Assembly (NCBI GenBank): GCA_963747345.1
Contig: CAVVFA010000030.1
Location: 265,910-329,909, forward strand
Direction: 5' to 3'
Length of the DNA stretch: 64,000 bases
DNA from: an uncultured Chloroflexia bacterium
GTDB lineage: Bacteria; Chloroflexota; Anaerolineae; Promineifilales; Promineifilaceae
The number at the start of each line of letters is the position of its first letter. Within the stretch, counting starts at the first letter, position 1. Made by a program: the position numbers and the translations under genes. The notes beneath the pieces were generated by a model. The model saw only the letters and a program-made list of their open reading frames with translations, did not search any database and was not told where the DNA came from. This document shows positions 31,104 through 40,580 of the stretch, piece after piece.

Positions 31104-32897
31104 TTATCCCCCAACTTCTCCATTATCAACAGGCTGGGGCTGTGTCTTTTCCAGGAGCATCAAACCCATCAAGCCATCGATCATGCCTGTGCCGCTGCCA
31201 TTACCACTCACCGACACATCCGGCACAATGCGCACACCCTGGTCGCCCACAATCTGCATCATTTGCAACGTGGTATAGCCATGTGTTCCCAGTGCGTTTA
31301 CACCATCACGATACGCTTCTGCTTTGGCCTGACCCGTCCGCCGAATGGCTTCTGCCTCACCAGCCGCGCGTAACTTCGTCGCTTGCGCTTCACCGCCAGC
31401 CCGTTTAATGGCTGCCTGCGCTTGCAGTTCCGCAATCTGCACCCCTTGTTCAGACGTTACCATGTCCCGTTGAATATCTGCCAGGGCGGTGGCGCGAACC
31501 AGGTCTTGCCGTTCGTCTTGGGCCAGCTTTTGCGTTTCGTATGTTTTACGCTCTTCTTCCGCAATCTTGCGGTTGGTTTGCGTGAGCATCAGTTCATCAG
31601 GCGGGGTGATATCACCCAGAAGCGTGTCCAAAGCCTGCACGTCGTACGCGCTGATGGCGCGACGGATATGGTCGGTGGCTTCTTCCTGGCGCTCACTACG
31701 GGCGCTCAAGAAGTCCAGCACCGTATATTCCTGAGCCGAGTTGCGGAAGTAGTTGCCCACAATCGGCTGCAACACATGGTCTACCAGATTTTGCACCGAG
31801 CCGACCCGCGAAATCACCTTGGGCGCTTCAGGCGCACCGATGTGGATAATTTGAGCCACGTCCAGATTGAAGGCGAAACCATCCTTTGACCGTACAGTTA
31901 TGGGCGACAGATGCGCGTCATACTTGTGCGCTTCGGTGCGTCCGGCCCAATTGAGCACGATGTTGGTGGTGGGAACCAGTTCCACTTTCATGACACGGGT
32001 GTTGATGGGGTGCTTGCCGGGATACAACGGCGTTACCCACACACCTTTATGGCCTGGATCAACCAGATTGCCGTGCTTGAAGCCGTCGCCGCTCACATCC
32101 ATGTGGGCTTTACCCACGAAGGCGATGACGATGCCCACATGTCCAATCGGAATTTCAGTCATCGGGAACTGTTCCACATGGACAAACCAGGGGTTCAAGT
32201 TCCAGGAACCGGAAAGTAACACATCTTCTTGTAAGCCACGCCGTCCACCGTTGTTAAGGAAGGTTTGCGCATCCTGGAAGCTGTTATGATCCTGTATGAT
32301 GGGACCAGCGATTTCGCCATTATCAATAGGCTGACCGTCTAAAGTAGTGACAATACCCACTTTGTCTGGCTCGATTTGATAGACGAGCAAATCACGGGCA
32401 GGCATGTTGTGCTTATCCGCATTGTCGGTGCTAATGACAGTAAACAGTGCCGGGTTGATGCGGTAGGTACCAGCCGTGAGAATCGCCAACTGCCGCCCTT
32501 GCTCGCCACCGTTCATCAAGAATTGGGCGGCATCCTGGAAGTTATGACTTTCCACCACTTTGCCTAAGATGCGATGGGCGGGCGTCGGACTGCCATCGGC
32601 AGCGACGACCAGTCCAATTTGACCTTGCGGGATGATGGTAACGGCCGTTTTCTTGACAGTGAATCGCCAGGGATAAAAGCCAAAATGCCAGCCAGGAGCC
32701 AGGGTTTGTGCCTGATAACCCGCCTCGCCTTTGAGGGCGATATGCCGCCCAGGAGGCAGCCGGGGGCCGAACTTTTTAATGACGACGCCGACTTCGCGTT
32801 CATTGATAACCACCAGGCCTAACAAGGATTTGCTGAAGAGCAAAAGAATGAATAGGCCGACTAATACAATACCCATAACCGTTAAAAACGTTACCAT
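31104..32897 (-). CDS. flotillin-like SPFH/band-7 protein (FloT/YqiK family)
   Basis: Start MVTFLT with GAGGA; N-terminal TM; SPFH domain; C-terminal EA-rich coiled coil (AELQAQAAIKRAGGEAQA...). Confidence 0.65.
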   Translation of the reverse strand: MVTFLTVMGIVLVGLFILLLFSKSLLGLVVINEREVGVVIKKFGPRLPPGRHIALKGEAGYQAQTLAPGWHFGFYPWRFTVKKTAVTIIPQGQIGLVVAADGSPTPAHRILGKVVESHNFQDAAQFLMNGGEQGRQLAILTAGTYRINPALFTVISTDNADKHNMPARDLLVYQIEPDKVGIVTTLDGQPIDNGEIAGPIIQDHNSFQDAQTFLNNGGRRGLQEDVLLSGSWNLNPWFVHVEQFPMTEIPIGHVGIVIAFVGKAHMDVSGDGFKHGNLVDPGHKGVWVTPLYPGKHPINTRVMKVELVPTTNIVLNWAGRTEAHKYDAHLSPITVRSKDGFAFNLDVAQIIHIGAPEAPKVISRVGSVQNLVDHVLQPIVGNYFRNSAQEYTVLDFLSARSERQEEATDHIRRAISAYDVQALDTLLGDITPPDELMLTQTNRKIAEEERKTYETQKLAQDERQDLVRATALADIQRDMVTSEQGVQIAELQAQAAIKRAGGEAQATKLRAAGEAEAIRRTGQAKAEAYRDGVNALGTHGYTTLQMMQIVGDQGVRIVPDVSVSGNGSGTGMIDGLMGLMLLEKTQPQPVDNGEVGG

Positions 32898-33070
32898 GTT
32901 GATAATCCTCTTGACGCACACAAAATAGAGACCGGCTTGCTGCTGCGCCATCCAGGCAAACCGAAATACGCTGCCAGCAACGACACAGGTCAGTTTGGAT
33001 ACCCGCCTTCGCGGGTATGACAGACATGGGATGACTGTGTTGTTTCTGCTAGCTAGCAGAATATAAAAAT

Positions 33071-33088
33071 GTGAAACGGCCGTTTCAC
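33071..33088. repeat. 18-bp perfect palindrome GTGAAACGGCCGTTTCAC
   Basis: Read directly; intergenic. Confidence 0.65.
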
Positions 33089-33358
33089 ACCAAAACAGAG
33101 TGATATAGGGGTTTCTAGGTGAGCGTTACGCTCAGGGAGGGAAGGAAAAAAGTTGGTTGCTATTCATAATCCACCACCACCGGGGCTGTTACTATCTTGC
33201 TGATTCTCACGTCAAGCCCCTGTCGACGAGAGGAATATTGATGCTTATAATTAGGTGGGAAGAAAATAATGCTTCGACCCATATACGGGGAATATTAGCA
33301 ATATTCCCCGATAATGTCAATATATTCCGGTCTGATTCCAGCACGACCCCTTTTTTAT

Positions 33359-34402
33359 ATGACTGAATCACTTGCTACCACATCCGCTAGCGTCTTGATT
33401 GTAGATGACAATCCGGTGAATTTGCGCTTGCTTATTCGTATTTTGACCGATATGGGTCATAAAGTGCGTCCGGCGAAGAACGGCCGTTTAGCCCTCGACT
33501 CTGCCCAATCTGCCCCACCCGACCTGATTATGCTCGACATCATGATGCCGGAGATGGACGGCTTTGAAGTACTGCGCGAACTCAAGCGAGACCCCAACCT
33601 GCGCGATATTCCGGTACTCATCATCTCCGCGTTGGATGACATGCCCAGCGTGGTCAAAGGCATCAAACTCGGCGCGGACGATTACCTGCCCAAACCATTC
33701 GAGCAAATCTTGCTGAAAGCCCGCATCGAAGCCTGTCTGGAGAAAAAATCGCTGCGTGACCGCGAAAAAGAGTATTTACAGCAAATTGAAGCGGAGAAAA
33801 AGCGAGCAGACGAACTGCTGCATGTTATCCTGCCCGACCCGGTAGTGGCGGAATTGAAGGCCACGAATCAGGTGCAGCCGCGTCTTTACCAAAATGTGGC
33901 TGTCATGTTTGCCGATGTGGTCGGTTTTACGCCCTACAGCGAAAGCCATTCGCCACAGGATGTCATCAGCAATTTGCAAACAATGGTTGAAGCATATGAA
34001 ACGATTGCCCTGGCATACAAGCTGCAAAAAATCAAGACGATTGGGGATGCCTTCATGGCAACGGGCGGCCTGCTCGTGCCCATGGAGAATCCGGTGGCGC
34101 AGTGCATCGCGGGCGGCCTGGAAATGATTGAGATGATGCACACCTTACCCGCCCAATGGCAGGTGCGCATTGGCATCCATGTGGGGCCGGTGATGGCGGG
34201 CATTGTGGGGCACCGGCAGTATTTGTTTGACGTGTGGGGGGATACGGTGAACACGGCGCAGCGCATCGAAAGTCATGGGCAGCCGGGGGCGATCAACTTG
34301 AGTCGGGCGGCTTTTGCACAGGTGGATGGGGGGATAACGGCCGTTGCTATCCATACCATCCCCGTCAAAGGCAAAGGCTCCCTGGAAATCATTCAAATCT
34401 AA
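33359..34402 (+). CDS. response-regulator receiver fused to class III adenylate/guanylate cyclase
   Basis: REC (VLIVDDN...IMLDIMMPEMDG...KP) then cyclase homology domain (FADVVGFT...KTIGDAFM...GIHVGPVMAGIVG). Confidence 0.75.
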   Translation: MTESLATTSASVLIVDDNPVNLRLLIRILTDMGHKVRPAKNGRLALDSAQSAPPDLIMLDIMMPEMDGFEVLRELKRDPNLRDIPVLIISALDDMPSVVKGIKLGADDYLPKPFEQILLKARIEACLEKKSLRDREKEYLQQIEAEKKRADELLHVILPDPVVAELKATNQVQPRLYQNVAVMFADVVGFTPYSESHSPQDVISNLQTMVEAYETIALAYKLQKIKTIGDAFMATGGLLVPMENPVAQCIAGGLEMIEMMHTLPAQWQVRIGIHVGPVMAGIVGHRQYLFDVWGDTVNTAQRIESHGQPGAINLSRAAFAQVDGGITAVAIHTIPVKGKGSLEIIQI

Positions 34403-34427
34403 AACACAATCACTATGGTTCGTAATT

Positions 34428-34820
34428 CTATTCTAGTTGTGTCCAGCCTTTGTGTTCTTTACCAATTTGCAAAGCTCCAAAAAGAAGAAGTGCGCTTAAA
34501 AAACCAGAAATTGATGAAACAAAGCTTAGTCCCGTCAGCAAACTTGTAATAAATGACAGAAAAGTTGTTGCCACAAAGCCCCAGAACCCCCATTTCTTCC
34601 AACGAAACAAGGCGATTACGAAGATGATTCTCAGAATATTATCAAGTATAAAGTATGGAAATAACCAGACTGGTATGTTTGGATCAATCTCTCTGGCAGT
34701 TAGACTATTGCATAAATTGAATAGGATAAATAATGAATTTCCAAACAATAAAAAAACCAACCAAGCTGTAAGAAATTTATGCCTAATTTTTTGTGTCGTC
34801 ATGTACCGGCTCCTTTCCAA
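34428..34820 (-). CDS. AT-rich cargo gene: small 4-TM membrane protein
   Basis: ORF in an AT-rich insert between duplicated eamA tails. Confidence 0.4.
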   Translation of the reverse strand: MERSRYMTTQKIRHKFLTAWLVFLLFGNSLFILFNLCNSLTAREIDPNIPVWLFPYFILDNILRIIFVIALFRWKKWGFWGFVATTFLSFITSLLTGLSFVSSISGFLSALLLFGALQIGKEHKGWTQLE

Positions 34821-34840
34821 GAATTAATTTAATTTTAACT

Positions 34841-34977
34841 TATTCACTACGTCTCGTCAGCACCACCAACCCCGCGAACAACAGGCCAATCCCCAACCAG
34901 GCTAGTGGCTCCAATGATTCGCCCACCACGAAAATACCCAAGAGGGCTGCGGTTAACGGTTCGGCTAGGGTGAGGGA
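34841..34977 (-). repeat. eamA 3-prime-tail copy 1 (encodes SLTLAEPLTAALLGIFVVGESLEPLAWLGIGLLFAGLVVLTRRSE*)
   Basis: Translated by hand; peptide identical to the resident eamA C-terminus apart from about 17 synonymous changes; no palindrome at its edge. Confidence 0.65.
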
Positions 34978-36329
34978 ATGGTTCGTTTTTGACAATTATC
35001 TTCGCCGGGGAAATTAAATGGCGCACTTTCAGAATCAACTTGTGGCCCAACAAAGTTAACATCAATAGGAATTTGCTTATAGCTTTTATCCAGCGCATCA
35101 AATAAATAAAAATCCTCATTCGTGCGAAGCAAGAGTTGATCTACACTGCCTACCGCATGGACTTCATCAATTGGACCTTCTGGGAAATCAGCGGCAAAAA
35201 AAGAATCGAAAATAGATCCACTTTCTATATCTACCCAATAGATGTGCGTGGTGGTTGTGAAATTTTGCCATTCTCGACCTGCAAATACCAATCGTGTCTC
35301 ATCTAAACTCCACCAAATGTTGTCACCAGTTATTCCGCCAAAATCGCTTTCCGTCGGACTCACTTGATATAAACTGTTTGTGCTTGTATCAACAATATCA
35401 ACCCATCCGATGCCAGTTTCTCCTTGATCTTTACTTTGATAACCAGCATAAGCCACATAACGGCCGTTAGGAGACCAGACAATGTACTGAATCCCAATCT
35501 TCTCCGTATGAAATGTTAATTGCTCACGCACATCACCATCAGGGGACGTCCGAAAGAGTTGTGTGAGGCCATCTTCATCTACATGTTTAAATGCAAGCCA
35601 CTGACTGTCTGGAGACCAAGCAAACGTATATGCCTTACCATCAGCTGTTAAAATCTGCGGGTTGCTCGAATCGGCTAGGTTTACAATGCCAATATCTGTG
35701 AATTCCGCGTCTTCATAATACTGTTCGCCATATAAAATGTTATAAGCCAACCACTTCCCATCAGGGGATAGACGGGTCACTTCATTGTAGGCTCCTTCTG
35801 GTGAAAGCAATATTTCCCAATCCAAATCTGGTTTTTGCCAAACAATATCTCCATTTAGATTAACTAAACCCTGACTCGTGTAGATTTGACATCCATCTCC
35901 ATACCAAAGATCGCCAAATGGATGATCTATTTTCCCTCTAACTTGCCGTACATTAGCATTGCCAATATCTAAAATGGCTACAAAATCCCCCTGATCATCA
36001 AAATTACGGTAGCCGACTAGCGGGCCTTTCAAGAAAGCGCTTTCACCATCAAAATTTTCGCTTTTGACCTGATCTGGTATTACTTGTTCTGTCACAGGGG
36101 TCATTGTTTCTATTACTGGCGTGTTATGAATTAAAGTTGAAGTTGGCTCAGGTATCTCCGTAATTGTTTCCATTGGGGTATTCTCTGAAATTCCAGCCGG
36201 ATGCGTCGCTGTTGGCTCGGGGTTCTTTGTTTCAACATCTGTCGCTGTACAAGCAGCAAGAATAAAAATGATAATAAATAGAATTTTTCCGCTAAAAAAT
36301 TTTATCTGGTTATTGATGGAAAACTTCAT
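34965..36329 (-). CDS. AT-rich cargo gene: TolB-like beta-propeller lipoprotein
   Basis: Lipobox ILAAC; repeated WSPDG/WSPNG blades; the 3-prime end runs into repeat copy 1. Confidence 0.55.
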   Translation of the reverse strand: MKFSINNQIKFFSGKILFIIIFILAACTATDVETKNPEPTATHPAGISENTPMETITEIPEPTSTLIHNTPVIETMTPVTEQVIPDQVKSENFDGESAFLKGPLVGYRNFDDQGDFVAILDIGNANVRQVRGKIDHPFGDLWYGDGCQIYTSQGLVNLNGDIVWQKPDLDWEILLSPEGAYNEVTRLSPDGKWLAYNILYGEQYYEDAEFTDIGIVNLADSSNPQILTADGKAYTFAWSPDSQWLAFKHVDEDGLTQLFRTSPDGDVREQLTFHTEKIGIQYIVWSPNGRYVAYAGYQSKDQGETGIGWVDIVDTSTNSLYQVSPTESDFGGITGDNIWWSLDETRLVFAGREWQNFTTTTHIYWVDIESGSIFDSFFAADFPEGPIDEVHAVGSVDQLLLRTNEDFYLFDALDKSYKQIPIDVNFVGPQVDSESAPFNFPGEDNCQKRTIPSP

Positions 36330-36378
36330 GCGTTGTTCATCCTCGTTAGCTTTACTATTCAGTTCTATTCATTCCGAT

Positions 36379-36525
36379 TATTCATTACGTCGTGTCAGCA
36401 CCACCAGCCCCGCGAATAACAGGCCAATGCCCAACCAGGCCAGCGGCTCCAGCGATTCACCCACTACGAAAATGCCTAAGAGGGCGGCGGTTAACGGTTC
36501 GGCTAGGGTGAGGGAAACGGCCGTT
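36379..36525 (-). repeat. eamA 3-prime-tail copy 2 ending in AACGGCCGTT (36516-36525)
   Basis: Same 46-aa peptide (one change, S to N) with many synonymous differences; upstream in-frame TGA shows it is an orphan tail. Confidence 0.65.
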
Positions 36526-36591
36526 GCCACTCATACCATCCCCGTCAAAGGCAAAGGCTCTCTGGAAATCATCCAAATTCAATCACCGTAA
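36526..36591 (+). repeat. duplicate of the REC-adenylate-cyclase 3-prime tail (TAVATHTIPVKGKGSLEIIQIQSP*), fused to eamA-tail copy 2 at the palindrome
   Basis: Compare 34346-34402 (TAVAIHTIPVKGKGSLEIIQI*); differences mostly synonymous. Confidence 0.6.
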
Positions 36592-36846
36592 ATATTTTAA
36601 TAGGGTGAAAAAAGATGAAATCATCGTTATCAAACCGCCAAAGAAAAATAATAATGCAAACAGGTATGATAGCAATTTTGAAACATCAGACTCAGCCCAA
36701 CCTTTCGGAGCTAATGGTCTCTGACGATTTTCTCTTTCCCAAAATTCATCCCATTTTTTCGTATCTTTCAGCATCTTATAGACTAAGAAACAGCCAATGC
36801 TGAATGCAATTATTGAGATAATTAGCGGAAAAATTACGTCAATCAT
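36583..36846 (-). CDS. AT-rich cargo gene: small 2-TM membrane protein
   Basis: ORF only; hydrophobic N- and C-terminal segments. Confidence 0.35.
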   Translation of the reverse strand: MIDVIFPLIISIIAFSIGCFLVYKMLKDTKKWDEFWERENRQRPLAPKGWAESDVSKLLSYLFALLFFFGGLITMISSFFTLLKYLR

Positions 36847-36880
36847 GATCTTCTACCTCTAAAATCAAACTGTGATTTCT

Positions 36881-37793
36881 TTATTCACTACGCCTAGTCA
36901 ATACCACCAGCCCCGCGAATAACAGGCCAATCCCCAACCAGGCCAGTGGCTCCAATGATTCGCCTACCACGAAAATGCCCAGGAGAGCGGCGGTTAACGG
37001 TTCGGCTAAGGTGAGGGAAACGGCCGTTGCTGAACTCACCGTCTTCAACCCAATTGTAAACAGCAAATAAGCACAAGCCAACGTGATCACGCCCAAATGG
37101 AGCGATACCACAAACCCGCTTGGCTCCGTTAGCCAGCTCATATCCAATACAAAGCAGAGCGGCAGCATCAACAGCGCCCCCAGGCCAAAAACGACTCCCG
37201 CAACAACGGTAGACGGCCGTTCTCCGACCAAGAATTTACTGGCAATGGTATACACCGCATACGCCGCGCCTGCGCCCACCGCCAACAGCATCCCGCCCAC
37301 ATCGACCTGAATGCTTTGGCCGCCGCCGATGAGCAGCGTGCAGCCCACAATCGCCAAACCTGTCGGCAATCGCCCACTGCCGCCCCGGCCACGTCCGAAA
37401 CACGATCCAGGTCAGCAATCCGGCCATAATCGGCGAACTACCGATGCCCACAATCGTGCCCATCGCCACGCCTGCTCGCGCCACACCCGCAAAAAACAAA
37501 AGTTGATAGCCCACCATCCCCAATACAGCCAAAACCAACGGCACAATCGGCCATCGACCGCCGTGCCGCCAGCCGCCACGCGCAAACATCAAGCCTGCCA
37601 ACAGCGCCCCGCCCAGCACCATCCGCACCGTTCCCACCGCCAGCGGCGATGTGCCGGCTGGCGCAAAGGTTTGGGCCGTGCCAGTGGTCCCCCACAGTGT
37701 TGCGGCTAATAAAACAAACCAGGCGCCTGAGATTGTGCGGGATTTTGCGGCCATTAAAAGACTGAGATTGAAGATTGGAGATTGGGAGACCAA
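36881..37793 (-). pseudogene. DMT-superfamily (EamA-like) transporter, apparent frameshift between the two EamA domains; its last 46 codons are tail copy 3 (36881-37028)
   Basis: ORF 37236-37793 (EamA domain 1) degenerates after IMAGLLTWIVF; ORF 36881-37369 in another frame carries EamA domain 2; switch at 37370-37400 (C4/G-rich). Confidence 0.6.
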
Positions 37794-37820
37794 TCTCTAA
37801 TCTCCAATCTCTAATCTCTC
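37763..37820. repeat. heptamer-based hairpin element, locus B
   Basis: gagattgaagattggagattgg-gaga-ccaatctctaatctccaatctctaatctc then T5; overlaps the hydrolase stop. Confidence 0.55.
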
Positions 37821-38636
37821 TTTTTCTAGCCAGTTTTGAATGGTTTCAGCAACCAGTAACGGCCGTTCCATGGGCAGCATGTGGCCTAAATCCGCCATCT
37901 CTACAAAAGTGGCTGACGGTTGTAGTTCTTGCCACAACTGCCAGGAATCGGGGAACAAGGTGTCTGATTTCGTAGCACGAATCGCCAGGGTGGGCTGTGT
38001 CACCTGCGGAATGCGCTCCCACACGGAAAGTGGGAGTCGGGCATAAACACGGGCTTCCCACTCACGTGGATAGGTTAAGACAAACTCGCCGTTCTCTTCA
38101 TGTATGCCATTGTTAACATAATCCCACAACACGGCGTCGGACCAGCGCTCAAAAACAGACTTGACTCTGAAATGGTCAAACGCCGCCTGCCGCGACTGCC
38201 AACGATTGCGCCGGTTCAAGGCTCGCAGCACAAAGGGCTGTTCTGCCGCTTTGTCAGGATGGGCGGCGGCCAATTGCAAAATCTGCGGCGGCAAAAACAC
38301 CGGTTCGATCAGCACGATGGCGCGGAACAAATCAGGGCGCTGCACAGCGGCATACATCGTCGCCACCGCCCCCAGCGAATGTCCCATGCCGATGACATCA
38401 CGCAAGCCTTCCTGGTCGAAGAACTGAATCAAATCGTCAGTGAAATCCTGCCAACTGGTTAGTTCATCGGGATTGGCTGTGGGGCCATAACGGCCGTTGT
38501 TTCATCGCCAGCACGTGATAATTTGCCAGAAATGGCTCCATAAATTGCTGATAACAGGCAGGTGGATACGCGTTGGCGTGGGCAAAATGGAGCAGCGAAC
38601 CGCTGCCCCCGAAGTCTACAAAAGGAATGGAAAACA
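37797..38636 (-). pseudogene. alpha/beta-hydrolase fold protein (about 280 aa) with a frameshift inside an AACGGCCGTT palindrome
   Basis: N-part in frame a (MFSIPFVDFGGSGSLLHFAHANAYPPACYQQFMEPFLANYHVLAMKQR), C-part in frame b (GRYGPTANPDELTSWQDFTDDLIQFFDQEGLRDVIGMGHSLGA...); frames switch at 38489-38498. Confidence 0.55.
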
Positions 38637-38696
38637 TGGGGAATTGTTAATTGTAAATTGCCAATTGTCAATGAAAAAATGTATATCTGTTAACTT

Positions 38697-39317
38697 GTGT
38701 ATGAGAAACCGGACTTGACATTTGAGAAACCATCGGCAACCCTATATCATCTCGTGAACACAAGTGATTTGAAACCCATCTCTAACTTCTGCGTAAAGGC
38801 ACTTATCAACAGCTTGCCGCACAAACTACCGGTAACTGATTACCGAAAACTGATTACCCAAAATGGTGACATGATGACACAAGACCAAGAACCCATCCGC
38901 ATTATTATCGAGGAAGAAGACATTCCGCTGATGCCCGAAGACAAAAATCGACGGGGTCCAGATGTTAAAGGCGCGGCTCAAAATGCAGCCAACAGTGCGG
39001 GACAAGTGGCAGGCAGTACCGCCAAAAAAGCCTGGGATAGTGAATCACGCAAGAAAGTAACGGGAACCGTTTCTCGAGGTGTGGCCTCGGTCACAGCCAA
39101 GAGCAGCAAAGCCATCGCCAACAAAACAGCCGACATCATTGAGCAGCAAACCCGCCAACAAGTGGAAGCCATGCAGGCCCGCGCTCAAGAAATCGACTGG
39201 AAGGCGGAAGCACAAAAAGGAACCGCGACCGGATTGAAATGGCTCAGTCAACAAGTAAGCGAACTGTCTAACCGCTTCACAACACCCACTGAAAAAGATC
39301 CCCCAAAGAATCCATAA
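38697..39317 (+). CDS. hypothetical protein (possibly starting MMTQDQEP at 38870); Ala/Lys/Gln-rich
   Basis: ORF only. Confidence 0.3.
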   Translation: MYEKPDLTFEKPSATLYHLVNTSDLKPISNFCVKALINSLPHKLPVTDYRKLITQNGDMMTQDQEPIRIIIEEEDIPLMPEDKNRRGPDVKGAAQNAANSAGQVAGSTAKKAWDSESRKKVTGTVSRGVASVTAKSSKAIANKTADIIEQQTRQQVEAMQARAQEIDWKAEAQKGTATGLKWLSQQVSELSNRFTTPTEKDPPKNP

Positions 39318-39406
39318 AAACAGCCTCTTTATCCAGCTTAATCAAGTTCCGTTCACTTCTCACTAATTTTGATTGGACACAGGGTGGCAAGCAATTGAAA
39401 TCTGAA

Positions 39407-39808
39407 TCAGGTGGCAGCATAAGGACGATCTTGCCACAACTGTAGGCATACAGCCGCACCCAGCCCCACTTCTGCGAAGAGGACGATGCCCAGTATGAAC
39501 CAAAATCGGGCAGACGCTGACAGCGTGATGAAGCTGAAAGATGAAAGAACATTTGCAGGCAGCCAATTCAAATTCACGATGCCCAAAGTGGCAAAAATTA
39601 CCACTAACAGCAAGGTAATCATTCCCCCAAAACACAAAGCCAACGCAATGTCTAAAAACTGTAACTGAAATCGCTCTGGCTGAGGGCGCGGTTGGGCTTC
39701 AACTTGTAGCATGATGCGATTCACCAGTCCCGGAGGTAAAGCCACCTGCGGGTAGCTTTGCAACACCTCGTCAATCATTGATTCTGTACGTTGATTGTCA
39801 TCGTTCAT
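39407..39808 (-). CDS. putative membrane anti-sigma factor
   Basis: Overlaps the 3-prime end of the ECF sigma gene; single TM after a cytoplasmic N-domain. Confidence 0.45.
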   Translation of the reverse strand: MNDDNQRTESMIDEVLQSYPQVALPPGLVNRIMLQVEAQPRPQPERFQLQFLDIALALCFGGMITLLLVVIFATLGIVNLNWLPANVLSSFSFITLSASARFWFILGIVLFAEVGLGAAVCLQLWQDRPYAAT

Positions 39809-40358
39809 AGGATTCTTCCAGATCTTCAAGTTTTTCCCGCAGTAAACGCCTGGCTCGATAAATGCCTGTTTTAACGGTGCCTAAGGGCATTTCTGTAACT
39901 TCGGCGATTTCTGTATAGCTCATTTCTTGCAGGTGGCGCAAGGTAATTAACAGCCGGTAACTCTCTGGTAAATTATCGATGGCATTGTGCAATGATAACT
40001 TGATTTCTTCAGAGAGCAGATCGGTTTCGATGGCAGCACGAGTATCAGGAAGGGTAACGGCCGTTTCCGTATCCAGCGCCAATAGTTCAGTTTTTAAGCG
40101 GGGCAGTCTGTTGTAACAAAGATTTATGACAATGCGATACAGCCAGGTGCTGAACTGCGCCTTTGCCTGAAATCGGGGTAATCCCTGCCACGCACGCATA
40201 AACGCTTCTTGTGCCACATCTTCAGCCTCTTGTGGGCTGTTTAATGTGCGGAACGCCAGATTGTAAACGAGGGCAGCGTGCATCGTTACCAACGCCTCAA
40301 AGGCGCTTGTATCGCCCTGTCTGGCCTGTTTGATCAACGCTTCTTCATCCTGACTCAC
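39798..40358 (-). CDS. ECF-family RNA polymerase sigma factor
   Basis: Sigma-70 region 2 (LVYNLAFRTL...EDVAQEAFMRAW) and region 4 (SYTEIAEVTEMPLGTVKTGIYRARRLLR). Confidence 0.8.
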   Translation of the reverse strand: MSQDEEALIKQARQGDTSAFEALVTMHAALVYNLAFRTLNSPQEAEDVAQEAFMRAWQGLPRFQAKAQFSTWLYRIVINLCYNRLPRLKTELLALDTETAVTLPDTRAAIETDLLSEEIKLSLHNAIDNLPESYRLLITLRHLQEMSYTEIAEVTEMPLGTVKTGIYRARRLLREKLEDLEESYER

Positions 40359-40416
40359 AAAATCACACTGTTCCTTACTGTATTAGACAATGATTATCTA
40401 AAAAAGTTTCAATGAG

Positions 40417-40500
40417 GGGCAAAGTGGCAAGGTTGCAGAGTTTTAAGGTGGTAGTGTGACCAGGTTACTTTGCTACTTTGCCCCCTGGCAACCCTGCCAC
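40417..40500. repeat. imperfect palindromic repeat, family 2, second copy
   Basis: ggcaaagtggcaaggttgcagag ... ctttgctactttgccccctggcaaccctgccac. Confidence 0.45.
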
Positions 40501-40580
40501 TTCTCAAATCTGTGAAACTTTTTCTACACAGTACGGTCTAATTTAGTGAAAGGCTCAAAAATATCAGGTCGGAGGTTTAC

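Noticed and set aside
34977-34990. Degenerate palindrome at the copy-1/TolB-like gene junction (gagggaaTGGTTCGTTT)
   Set aside because: The alignment to AACGGCCGTT is poor (length differs, 3-4 mismatches), so I cannot claim a mutated site.
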